From positions 1-61,332 of the IMG/VR virus record IMGVR_UViG_3300017996_000001: a DNA stretch of 61,332 nucleotides. The stretch is one strand, 5' to 3'. Within the stretch, counting starts at the first letter, position 1. The number at the start of each line of letters is the position of its first letter. This DNA is from a virus. Its lineage: Duplodnaviria; Caudoviricetes. Made by a program: the position numbers and the translations under genes. The notes under the pieces are model-generated. The model was given only the letters and a program-made list of their open reading frames with translations. It was not told the DNA's origin and did no database searches. Positions 27,901 to 36,873 of this stretch are shown here, in pieces.

Positions 27901-27976
27901 CTTCCAGATTCTCAACGCCCTAATCTACCTAATCGGCCTTTGGTCTATCCTCCGTTGGATCTGGAACAAACGATAG
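27893..27976 (+). CDS. 27-aa membrane peptide (not in the ORF track)
   Basis: MSSFQILNALIYLIGLWSILRWIWNKR; overlaps the upstream stop and ends at the next RBS. Confidence 0.5.
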   Translation: MSSFQILNALIYLIGLWSILRWIWNKR

Positions 27977-27987
27977 GAGCCACAGCC

Positions 27988-28347
27988 ATGCCAATTAAAA
28001 TATCCAAGACCCTAGTTATTATCGAATCCCCCTACGCTGGCCAGATCGAACGCAACACAGCCTATGCCCGACTAGCGGTTCGCCATTCCGTGCTGCGGGG
28101 TGAGGCGCCAATCGCCTCCCACTTGCTATTCACCCAGCCAGACATTCTGGATGACTCCGTCCCTGTCGAGCGAGCACTTGGAATTTCCGCTGGCCTTGCT
28201 TGGCGTCAGGTCTGTCATCTAGCTGCGTTCTATATTGACTACGGCTGGAGTTCCGGTATGATAAACGCCAGAGCACTCTACGAAGCCGCCGGCATTCCAT
28301 TCGAGTTTAGGACAATTCTCGATGCCAGAGACCCGCCATGCCCATAA
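27988..28347 (+). CDS. Nucleoside deoxyribosyltransferase-like (DUF4406-type) protein
   Basis: VIIESPYAG...PIASHLLF...GWSSGM; AGGAG RBS. Confidence 0.65.
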   Translation: MPIKISKTLVIIESPYAGQIERNTAYARLAVRHSVLRGEAPIASHLLFTQPDILDDSVPVERALGISAGLAWRQVCHLAAFYIDYGWSSGMINARALYEAAGIPFEFRTILDARDPPCP

Positions 28348-29939
28348 TTCAAACTGAGGAGCTAGCCCATGCCCGTCTTGACGAATCTAGCAACCTGCAA
28401 ACCTATTGCGGACTTGATTGCTGCCTCACGCTTGAGATATTTGAAGAAATCAACGCAATCCACCCACAACCGACTATTTATTCCTTTGAACGTGCGCTCC
28501 AAGCTCCTTATCTTGAAATCATGTTTAGGGGTTTCGCTATTGACGAATACGCTCGGCGACATGCTGCAGGGGAACTCAGAGATAAGATAGCTAAACTCCG
28601 GCTGGTGCTAAACGAGTTTGCCTCAGCTATCTGGGACAACCAGTTTAAGCATACTAAGACGAAAGAGTGGAGCAGTCTGAATGCTGCCAGTCCAACTCAG
28701 CTCAAGGACTTCTTCTACTCCACCGAACCTGGCAAGCGTGGTCTTTGCCTACCAGAGATCTGGCTGAGCCAAAAGGGCGAGCGCAAGCTCAGTGTCAACA
28801 GAGAGGCTTTGGAGAAAATCCATGACCAGTACCTCCTTGCACGACCGATTGTCAACACAATCCTTGCGATACGAGACTATACAAAGCAAGTGGAGATCTT
28901 CGAGACAGAAATCGATTCGGATGGGCGGTTTCGAGCCTCTTATAATATCGCGGGTACCGAGACTGGCCGCCCATCAAGCAGCAGATCTGCGCTTGGCACT
29001 GGCCGAAATGGCCAAAACATCGCCCCAGGATGCAAGTATCCATTCGTAGCCGATCCAGGCTACAAGCTCTGTGTCATCGACCTGGAACAAGTCGAGGCCC
29101 GAGACGTAGGATTTATCTGTGGTTGCCTATTCGATGATTGGACCTTCCTAGACGCCTGTGAGTCTGGTGATCTCCACACCAACAACTGCAAGTTGATCTG
29201 GCCTGAGCTTCCCTGGACTGGAGACAAAACCAATGACCGCAAGACCGCTGACAGGATTTTCTACCGAGATTTTACCTATCGGGATATGGCCAAACGAGGA
29301 GGTCATCTTACCAACTATTTTGGTACAGCTTGGACTATGTCGCGCAGCCTTAAGATCCCCTTGGGACTGGCGGAGGAGTTCCAGGCCAGGTATTGCCGTG
29401 GGCGGCAGGAGAGTCAAAGCCAGTCGGGTATCTATCCAGCTTACCCATGCATTCCGAAATGGTGGCAATGGACAGCAACCCAGCTTCAGACCACCCGCCA
29501 GATAACCACTCCCTTCGGCCGTCGGCGACATTTCTTCGGAAGACCTGGGGATGACACGACTCTTCGCGAGGCTATTGCGTTCCTTCCTCAATCCATGACT
29601 GCAGAGCGCATGAACCTTGGCCTCTATCGCATCTGGGAAGAAATGCCCCATGTCCAGCTCCTTGCACAGACCTTTGACTCAGTTACCTTCCAGTTTCTTG
29701 ACTTGGGTCACGAGACCACAACTCAGATTATCAATCAAGCACTCAGACTTCTTGACATCCCTATCTTCAGCCCTAGCGGCCGTCGATATAGCGTGCCGGG
29801 TGAAGCTAAGATTGGATATAACTGGGGATACTTCGATCCCAAGCAGCCAGATAAGAATCCCCTAGGCCTAGCCAAATTCAACCCAGCTAAGCCCGACCTT
29901 CGTGTCCGTGGCACTGGCCTCCAGACCATAATGCTCTAG
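28338..29939 (+). CDS. polA: Family A DNA polymerase, catalytic subunit
   Basis: TETGRPSS, motif A DLEQVEAR, motif B RDMAKRGGHLTNY, TPFGRRR, motif C QTFDS; N-terminal ExoIII YCGLD. Confidence 0.93.
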   Translation: MPIIQTEELAHARLDESSNLQTYCGLDCCLTLEIFEEINAIHPQPTIYSFERALQAPYLEIMFRGFAIDEYARRHAAGELRDKIAKLRLVLNEFASAIWDNQFKHTKTKEWSSLNAASPTQLKDFFYSTEPGKRGLCLPEIWLSQKGERKLSVNREALEKIHDQYLLARPIVNTILAIRDYTKQVEIFETEIDSDGRFRASYNIAGTETGRPSSSRSALGTGRNGQNIAPGCKYPFVADPGYKLCVIDLEQVEARDVGFICGCLFDDWTFLDACESGDLHTNNCKLIWPELPWTGDKTNDRKTADRIFYRDFTYRDMAKRGGHLTNYFGTAWTMSRSLKIPLGLAEEFQARYCRGRQESQSQSGIYPAYPCIPKWWQWTATQLQTTRQITTPFGRRRHFFGRPGDDTTLREAIAFLPQSMTAERMNLGLYRIWEEMPHVQLLAQTFDSVTFQFLDLGHETTTQIINQALRLLDIPIFSPSGRRYSVPGEAKIGYNWGYFDPKQPDKNPLGLAKFNPAKPDLRVRGTGLQTIML

Positions 29940-29991
29940 CCTGCTGCCTGCCTTGCTAGACCTGCCGAAACAAGAAAAAGGAACCCTCCAT

Positions 29992-31224
29992 GTGCCGCAA
30001 GACCCTCAGCCCTCGGCCGATTTCATTGCAGAATTTTTGGCCTACACCGAAGGCACCAGTAGCCCTGACATATTTAGACAATGGTCAGCTATCAGTATGC
30101 TGGCGGGTGCCCTTGAGCGACGGGTCTGGATCAAAACTGGTCGTGGACTTGCCTTCCCGAACCTTTACACTCTGCTCGTCGCTCCGCCAGGCGTTGGAAA
30201 ATTCATTATCGAAACCGTGAGGGAACTATGGACAGCATCTTGCCAGCCAGGGACCAAGATTCCAGCCTATCGAGTAGCTCCAGACTCGATGACCAAAGCC
30301 AGCCTAATGGACACCTTAGTCAAGGCAAAAAATATCTTTTTGGCCCCCTCCGGACCGCCGCTTATATCACACTCACTGCTGGTGGCGGCGGAAGAATTCT
30401 CAGTACTAATGCCCACATACGATATGGAGTACATCGGTTCCCTCAACTCAATCTGGTGCAACAAGGACTTACACGAGGAATCGAGGCGGACTGGCTCGGT
30501 CCGAGAACTTAAGATCGAATTTCCTTGCCTCAATATCCTTGGTGGAGTCCAGCCCAGCTTCCTCGCTAGCACATTTCCAGAAGAAGCCTGGGCCTCCGGC
30601 CTTGCTAGGCGATTAATAATGGTCTACTCCTCCGAGGCCCCTTACAAGGAACTTTTCTATGAAAATACCGAGAGCGCTGAGATTCGCGGACGTTTACTCG
30701 CACGACTTACCAAACTATCCACAGCTTACGGCCAGCTTGGCTGGACGCGTGAGGCTGCTGAGGCTATTGCAGACTGGGATAGAGTCGGCGGTCCTCCAGT
30801 ACCTCAGCACTCCAAGCTGGCCCATTACAATCGAAGCAGGACCCAGCTTGTCCTTAAGCTCATTATCATCTCGGTCTTAGCCCGGACGCCCAAGCTCCTA
30901 ATCGAGCTGGTAGACGTGCGCCGAGCAATTGCTTGGCTAGTCGATGCCGAGCGCCTAATGCCAGACATCTTCCGAGAGATGATAGGGAAGTCAGACTCCC
31001 AGCTGCTTGAGGAACTCCATCTCTATGCCCACTCGACTTACATCAAGTCCGGCAAGAAGCCGATCTACGGCCAGAGCCTCTGGCGATTCCTTGGCGAACG
31101 AGCGCCAAGCGAGAAGATCGAGAGGCTTATCATGGTCGCCGAGCGGAGTAATATGATCGCGCGCGTGGCTGGGGCTGATGATATGTGGATACCTCGGCCG
31201 AAGCATACACATGGGGCGGAATGA
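29992..31224 (+). CDS. DUF3987-type P-loop NTPase (putative replicative helicase)
   Basis: PNLYTLLVAPPGVGK, AEEFS, LGGVQP, GLARRLI; GTG start after AAGGA. Confidence 0.78.
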   Translation: MPQDPQPSADFIAEFLAYTEGTSSPDIFRQWSAISMLAGALERRVWIKTGRGLAFPNLYTLLVAPPGVGKFIIETVRELWTASCQPGTKIPAYRVAPDSMTKASLMDTLVKAKNIFLAPSGPPLISHSLLVAAEEFSVLMPTYDMEYIGSLNSIWCNKDLHEESRRTGSVRELKIEFPCLNILGGVQPSFLASTFPEEAWASGLARRLIMVYSSEAPYKELFYENTESAEIRGRLLARLTKLSTAYGQLGWTREAAEAIADWDRVGGPPVPQHSKLAHYNRSRTQLVLKLIIISVLARTPKLLIELVDVRRAIAWLVDAERLMPDIFREMIGKSDSQLLEELHLYAHSTYIKSGKKPIYGQSLWRFLGERAPSEKIERLIMVAERSNMIARVAGADDMWIPRPKHTHGAE

Positions 31225-31436
31225 TGACAGATCCAGATCCATATCTAGACACAATCGCGCGTATGGAACCAGAGATCGCTATGGTTGATACAGGAGGAGC
31301 CTTGGCTTCAATAGCTATTTCCCTTAGGCGAATTGCGGACTGTCTTGAAGGACCTGCGCCCAAGACAGGAGCGAATATCAACTGGGTGTTATATGAGATA
31401 TGGCAGCAGATGATGACTGCTAATAACCGGCGATGA
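31221..31436 (+). CDS. Small hypothetical protein
   Basis: SIAISLRRIAD motif; ATGA coupling. Confidence 0.65.
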   Translation: MMTDPDPYLDTIARMEPEIAMVDTGGALASIAISLRRIADCLEGPAPKTGANINWVLYEIWQQMMTANNRR

Positions 31437-31438
31437 TC

Positions 31439-31527
31439 CGGCGGGCGCGGCGGGTGATCGGTTGCGCGGGGAAGGCGTGCAACGGCTTCGGACCATGCCC
31501 GCGCACCGTCACCGCCGCCCGGCTTTT
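31439..31527 (+). terminator. Long imperfect GC-rich hairpin followed by TTTT
   Basis: Arms of about 30 nt (31439-31470 and 31498-31523). Confidence 0.55.
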
Positions 31528-31602
31528 AAGCCGTACCACGCCTTGCATTTCCCTTCGAAAAAACCCACGTTTCCTGAGGCAACCCCACGGAGCCGCCTAG
31601 CC

Positions 31603-31875
31603 ATGACCGACCAGCCCCCCACCATCGACTGGAACCTTCCCGCCAGCATCCCAGCATACTTCTCCAACTGCTTCTTCAGCACGAACTATGGTAATGGAAT
31701 GATTCGCCTTTGCTTCGGAGAGAGGTTCCCAGACGCAGACACGACAGTTCACACAGCAGTGATTATGAGTTTTGAGGACTTTGCGGCGCTAGCTAGTCTG
31801 GTCCAGCAAAGCCTTGAGCGCCAAGCTAAAGCTTTAGCTGCAGCGCAGGCACAAGGCCCGGTTATCCTGGACTAG
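31603..31875 (+). CDS. DUF3467-like small protein
   Basis: AYFSN...IRLCFGE...AVIMS..DFAAL; GGAG RBS. Confidence 0.65.
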   Translation: MTDQPPTIDWNLPASIPAYFSNCFFSTNYGNGMIRLCFGERFPDADTTVHTAVIMSFEDFAALASLVQQSLERQAKALAAAQAQGPVILD

Positions 31876-31891
31876 GACCTAGGGTCCTAGT
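31871..31891. terminator. Hairpin at the convergence of the early and late arms
   Basis: ACTAGGACC-TAG-GGTCCTAGT overlaps both TAG stops. Confidence 0.5.
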
Positions 31892-33543
31892 GGATTTATC
31901 CGAACCGAGTTTGCACCTAGCAAACTCGGCACTACCTTAGGAGTAGCAGCTAATGCCCCAGGAACTCTTCGCGCTAATGGCATCGCGGCGCCGGTTAGTG
32001 CACCAGCGGCTGCCAGTCCTTCTTGCAGCCCAGGATAACCAGCATGAGTCGCGAGTTGCCCTGCCAGATTCCCAAGTTCTCCGCCAGCGATTATATTTAG
32101 TTGCGGATGCTGTGCGGGAGTCGATGCTGGCTTCGCTGTCAAGCTCGAAACCAGATCTCGATCTCGCTGATTGGGGACTAGAGCAGCCTGAGCCTCAGGA
32201 CTAGTCCTTTGCCAACTAGGGGCAGCCTTACCCAGCTGAAAGGCCGCCAGCTCATCTACACCAGCTGGAATCTCCTGCCGAAGAGTTGCCAGAGTATCTC
32301 CAGTAGTACGGCCCTGAGTCAGCAGTCGTTGAGCCGCAGTTCCCGGCGCGATCTTCTCATCAGCTTCGTTGCCACTAGTGATGATCTTCGCCATCGGGCC
32401 TTTCTGGATGCCAAAGAGGCGAGTGCTTTCAGCATTGGCAGAGTCAAACGCCGTGGCAGCGTCGGGGCTAATACTTCCAGCAGCTGATCTCATATCACCA
32501 GTTAGGCTAGAATACAACGCGCTGAGCTGCTGCTGGGTAATGTCCTTAGTAATCTTTGGATTAGTCATCGCGTCGCCGATCGCGGACCGAATCTGCTGCG
32601 CACCTGACCAAGTCGGAGTACCACCTAGGTCTAACGAGGTCTCCAGCGCATTGGCAAGTTTCTTCGGCAGCCTCGGTCTCAGGGCATCAAGCACTGGCTG
32701 AAGGTCTCCTCCACTGGAGGTCATCTTAGCCAGGGTTCCCTGAAATCCAGTCAGCGGAGTCACTGTGTCCTTCGGAATGAGTGCATCTACCGGTGCCCAG
32801 GCAGCTGCATGTTTCGCCGGAGCTACATTATTTACCCAGTCTCTCGCGGCCTCTTGCAGCGAGTCTCCAGCTTGGTCTAGGGTCTGACTGGTCCCAAGTC
32901 TTGCAGCAATATCCGCCAACTTAGGAGTCGTCAATGCCCGAGCCCCCTGCTCCACAGCGCCAGCCAGACCTCCACCCAGTAGCCCTCCAGCTAGTTCTCC
33001 AGGAGTCCCTAACCCTAGGTCGTGCCCAGCCTGGGCACCTAGCCCCCCGGCCGCTCCCTGAGCTGCGACGCTTGCCGGCCCGATGCCTGGTATCATTGCC
33101 AAGGGTCCAACTGCCCCGAGTCCTCCAGCCGCAGCTCCAGCGTATCTTTCCATTGCATTCTGAGGAGCTAGAGGTGGTGGCATCAGTCCTTTACCTTGCA
33201 GCCAGGAATTTGCTACTTCCGGGCTCGGCAGCGGACTCTCCGGAACAAGTTGATTAGTCTGTCCAGGGCCGCTTGAGTATGTAATTGGCGCTGCGTGTAG
33301 CAGGTTCTGCAGCATTCGTGGAACCCCCAGCAGGGTTCCGGTTGCTCCAGCCTCAAGCCTATTGCCAATGATCTGGCCCATACGAGCCAAGTTAGTTGGA
33401 GGACTTGCAGCAGGTGCTCCCTTATCCAGCGGCGAGTCCACTCCAGCCAGAAATTGGTCCGCCGGCGTGCTGGTGCTAGCAGGCACTGCGTCATGCGGAC
33501 TGGAAACTCCGGTCAAAAAGTCATCTGCACTCTGGCTTGCCAT
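31879..33543 (-). CDS. Ejection / internal virion protein (gp16 position)
   Basis: Last late gene; Ala/Gly-rich hydrophobic helices; N-terminal ADxFLxGV x2. Confidence 0.7.
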   Translation of the reverse strand: MASQSADDFLTGVSSPHDAVPASTSTPADQFLAGVDSPLDKGAPAASPPTNLARMGQIIGNRLEAGATGTLLGVPRMLQNLLHAAPITYSSGPGQTNQLVPESPLPSPEVANSWLQGKGLMPPPLAPQNAMERYAGAAAGGLGAVGPLAMIPGIGPASVAAQGAAGGLGAQAGHDLGLGTPGELAGGLLGGGLAGAVEQGARALTTPKLADIAARLGTSQTLDQAGDSLQEAARDWVNNVAPAKHAAAWAPVDALIPKDTVTPLTGFQGTLAKMTSSGGDLQPVLDALRPRLPKKLANALETSLDLGGTPTWSGAQQIRSAIGDAMTNPKITKDITQQQLSALYSSLTGDMRSAAGSISPDAATAFDSANAESTRLFGIQKGPMAKIITSGNEADEKIAPGTAAQRLLTQGRTTGDTLATLRQEIPAGVDELAAFQLGKAAPSWQRTSPEAQAALVPNQRDRDLVSSLTAKPASTPAQHPQLNIIAGGELGNLAGQLATHAGYPGLQEGLAAAGALTGAAMPLARRVPGALAATPKVVPSLLGANSVRINPLGP

Positions 33544-33553
33544 AGCCTAGCTC

Positions 33554-34975
33554 CTAGTGGAATTGATCAGGGAATTGCTGCTTGAGAATACCCGAGGCTT
33601 CAGTTCGGGTCAGATAACCAGCAGTAACTGCACTCTTAACTGCCTCTGGACTCTGAAATCCCTTCTCGTTCATTCCGAATTGATTGAGGACCTTGTTGGC
33701 ATAATCTTGTGCAGGATGCAGCTGATTGAAGGATTCCAGTGCTCCAGTTAAGTTCCCCTGATTCTGTTGTTGCCACTGATTCTCAAAATTCCTCCAGTCA
33801 ATTCCGCGTTGGAGGGTACCCTGAATACCTTGGATCAACAGCTTTCCACCTAGGTATGTGTTCTCAATCCCAGGAACGCTGGCGGTCATGGAATTGATCA
33901 CACTGGCTGATTCGCGACTGCCGCCGAAGAAGCTGTTGGTTATCTGGGCTCCCATCCTCTTAGTCTCTTTATTAAAATCCTCAATACTTGCTATCTTAGT
34001 CGGATCAAACGGCGGTGGCTGGCCTGTAGCTTGCGCCAGTGTATTAACCGCCTTGGAGAAATCTCCACGGAAGGTAGCTAGGGTTCCCGGCACATTAAAT
34101 CCACCGCCTTGCGCCATGTTATCATAGGCTGCATCCATATAGCGAAGGCTTGACATGGATTGGGTGATACCCTGGAAATTCTCCAGCTCCTTCCCAGAAT
34201 AATCCTTCCCCAGTTCCGTCGCGATTCCTTGCTGAGTTGGACTTAGCACTGGCGCGCCACTGATAGCTGAGGAGCCAAGCTTCGGGCTAGAAGGTGCAAA
34301 CCCTGGTGGGATCAGTGGCTTGCCGTCGCCTGCTAGTTGGGCAGCCCCTGAACTCGGAACTCCTCCTCCTTGCTGAGTCTGAGTCGGCGGAGTGGTTCCC
34401 GAGGACATGATACTGCCGATGGCATCTGGAGCTATCCCGGCCCCTAGCATCGCCGCGCCAACCTGCTTGCGAAATGAGTCCGGGTCCGACTTCGCCAGTG
34501 GCGCATAGGCTTTATAGAAACCCTGAATAGCTGGTATTGCGTTTTCTCTAATACCAGGTGGCATCTGGGCTACTAGCCTATTCATAATTGGATCAAACTG
34601 ACTTGGATCACTAATCGCAGGACCAAGACCTCCAATCAGCGTTTTCATAGCTGTGTCATTCTGCCCCTGGATCATGCCCTGCTGTTGCGTCAGGGCAACC
34701 TGATTCTGGCGATAGCTTGAGGCTATATCGCTGGCAAAAGCTGCAGTCCTTGGATCCTTATACAGATTAGCAATTCCAGATTCAACATCAGGAGACTGGG
34801 AGATAATCTGCCCGGCAATCTGCTTGGCTTGGAAGCTCTGCTGAAACAGCTGATTAGCATTCAGCCGATTCTGGATCTCAGAGACTTGGCCGAGAGCACC
34901 CAGCGGCCCACCAGTCCCGAGCATCCCCGGCGGCTGCGGGACATTGATCCCAAGCGCAATAGCATTATCTGGCAT
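33554..34975 (-). CDS. Ejection protein (gp20 position)
   Basis: MPDNAIALGI start, Gln-rich and helical; synteny. Confidence 0.7.
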   Translation of the reverse strand: MPDNAIALGINVPQPPGMLGTGGPLGALGQVSEIQNRLNANQLFQQSFQAKQIAGQIISQSPDVESGIANLYKDPRTAAFASDIASSYRQNQVALTQQQGMIQGQNDTAMKTLIGGLGPAISDPSQFDPIMNRLVAQMPPGIRENAIPAIQGFYKAYAPLAKSDPDSFRKQVGAAMLGAGIAPDAIGSIMSSGTTPPTQTQQGGGVPSSGAAQLAGDGKPLIPPGFAPSSPKLGSSAISGAPVLSPTQQGIATELGKDYSGKELENFQGITQSMSSLRYMDAAYDNMAQGGGFNVPGTLATFRGDFSKAVNTLAQATGQPPPFDPTKIASIEDFNKETKRMGAQITNSFFGGSRESASVINSMTASVPGIENTYLGGKLLIQGIQGTLQRGIDWRNFENQWQQQNQGNLTGALESFNQLHPAQDYANKVLNQFGMNEKGFQSPEAVKSAVTAGYLTRTEASGILKQQFPDQFH

Positions 34976-34976
34976 C

Positions 34977-35495
34977 TTAGCCTCCTAGCGGGGCAGTAGC
35001 CCCAGGCCCTGGACCTGCTGGCATCATTGGATTTGGAGCCGGCGGCTGGGGGGCCTGAGCCTGCCCCTGCTGCGCCATCTGCATAGCGTGCTGGCCTCCC
35101 AGACTATGCAACGCAGTGACTCCCATCTGGTGCCTCGTAGCCTCCAACTGCTGCTTTAGCATCGTTTCGTTCTGAGTCAAGTCCTGGTCCTGCTTCTTCA
35201 CCCAGTCACCGATTGCCTGGCCTCCGCCATTAACCGGAGCCTGGGCCAAGATACTCGCCACCTTAGCTGCTGGCAGCCCCGCACCAGTCCACTCAGCTGC
35301 TTCCTTAATCAGGTCATCCATCGTGACCGTGTCTGCCATCTTGAGCAGCCTGTCGAAGCCTAACCTGACCTTGTCCATGATTCCAAGGCCCTCGGTGAGC
35401 TTATCAAACTGGCTCCCCAGCACGTCAAGCGGACTGATCTTAGTGGTCTGAGGTTGCGCTGGCATTTGTGCTGGCATTTGCGCTGTTGTATCCAT
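34977..35495 (-). CDS. Hypothetical virion protein
   Basis: Packed between ejection genes; QMPA x2. Confidence 0.7.
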   Translation of the reverse strand: MDTTAQMPAQMPAQPQTTKISPLDVLGSQFDKLTEGLGIMDKVRLGFDRLLKMADTVTMDDLIKEAAEWTGAGLPAAKVASILAQAPVNGGGQAIGDWVKKQDQDLTQNETMLKQQLEATRHQMGVTALHSLGGQHAMQMAQQGQAQAPQPPAPNPMMPAGPGPGATAPLGG

Positions 35496-35498
35496 TAC

Positions 35499-36338
35499 TT
35501 ACCCTCCAGGAAAGAGCCCAGGACCATAGTCTGCTGCAGTGAGGCCATTTTGGGCTCCATACAATCCAGCTGACTGGGAGCTAATATCACCAAGTCCCTG
35601 TTGAGCACCAAGCATATTTCCTAACGGCCCCGACAGCAGACTCGTCCCAGCTGCACTGGTAGCTCCACTGAGCCCCGAGATCAGCGCATTGGCGCTTCCA
35701 ACAGTTCCGGCAGCACTTGCTGCCCCACCAGCCATGGCTGCATTGCCAGCTCCAGTCGCGGCCTGCTGGCCTAAGGCCCCGGTGCCCAGCGCCGCATTAG
35801 CTCCAATCTGTGCTTGATTGGCAAGCTGGCCTTGAGCCTGAGTATAAATATTACTGATGTTTGCATTTTGCCCAAGCATCTGTTGGAGATAGGTTGCCCA
35901 GCTCGATTGCGCCAAGCCTTCTGCGTACCCAGTTGCCCCCTTCATAGCTGCGCCTGAGGCTCCCAGTCCCTGACTCGCGTACTGATTCTGGGTCGCCTGG
36001 AGCCCCTGATTGAGCTGAAATTGATACCCCGGTAGGTTCTGCAGAGTCGAAACACTTGGATTGATAACACTAGTGAGACTAGGTAGTTGGGCTTGCTCCT
36101 GCTGATTAACTTGTCCCAGTTGCCCAGCCGCAGCGGTTCCCATAGCCCTAAATGGTGCAGTCTCTTGCTGAGTCTGCTGGAAATTAGCCTCCTGCATCAT
36201 CAGAGCATTGTTCGCCGCTTGTTCTTGGGCTTGGGCAGCACTCTTACTAGCTCCTGCGCCAAATATCCCCGAGATAAGGCTTCCGATTCCGCTGATCGCA
36301 GCCCCACCAAGAATTGCAGTCCCTAGTCCGATTGCCAT
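35499..36338 (-). CDS. Ejection / DNA transfer protein (P22 gp7-like)
   Basis: Gly/Ala-rich N-terminus; APF..G; PGYQFQLNQG; SGAAMK. Confidence 0.8.
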   Translation of the reverse strand: MAIGLGTAILGGAAISGIGSLISGIFGAGASKSAAQAQEQAANNALMMQEANFQQTQQETAPFRAMGTAAAGQLGQVNQQEQAQLPSLTSVINPSVSTLQNLPGYQFQLNQGLQATQNQYASQGLGASGAAMKGATGYAEGLAQSSWATYLQQMLGQNANISNIYTQAQGQLANQAQIGANAALGTGALGQQAATGAGNAAMAGGAASAAGTVGSANALISGLSGATSAAGTSLLSGPLGNMLGAQQGLGDISSQSAGLYGAQNGLTAADYGPGLFPGG

Positions 36339-36339
36339 A

Positions 36340-36873
36340 TCATCCCTCCCGCAATTCGTGGATGGTTCGATTGATCCTAGCCAGGTTTATCTGGTTCCTA
36401 ACTAGTCTCTCAACCATGTCTATCTGTACATTCTGCTTGTCCCAGTATTCCCACCAGCCCTGCTGCGGCGTCAGCCCCAGGCAATGCTGATAGATCATCT
36501 CGCACACATCCTGAGACTTGAGTTCATGATATTCAAATACCGGACAGCCAGTCACCTTGACTGCCAGATCTAGCTGGTGATTGCGCTCTGGTAGATCATC
36601 CCAGTCCAGCCCAAACCTCGCTAGACTTCTCTGAACCTCCAGCAGGTTTCGTTTCACCACCAGCAGCTGGTGGCCTTCCTCGTAAATTCTGTTCCAGCCA
36701 TACATGGCAGCGGTTTCACAACTGCCGTCTAGCGCCTCGAGCCGGGTAAGAAAGTCCCTAGCTCCATCTGACTCAGCAACTAGGTCATGGCCACAAGTCC
36801 GCCCCGGTGGGCTCAAGAATGTGCTGAGCCACTTAGTTCGAGACCTTGGCAGAGCTAGAATCACAAAGGCCAT
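36340..36873 (-). CDS. Sulfotransferase-like protein in the tail module
   Basis: FVILALPRSRTKWLSTFL...CGHD resembles the 5'-PAPS-binding loop; TGATG-coupled start at 36873. Confidence 0.65.
   Translation of the reverse strand: MAFVILALPRSRTKWLSTFLSPPGRTCGHDLVAESDGARDFLTRLEALDGSCETAAMYGWNRIYEEGHQLLVVKRNLLEVQRSLARFGLDWDDLPERNHQLDLAVKVTGCPVFEYHELKSQDVCEMIYQHCLGLTPQQGWWEYWDKQNVQIDMVERLVRNQINLARINRTIHELREG

Noticed and set aside
27901-28337. Self-splicing intron or intein splitting the polymerase
   Set aside because: The gap is filled by two short ORFs, with no homing endonuclease or recognisable intron core; not formally excluded.
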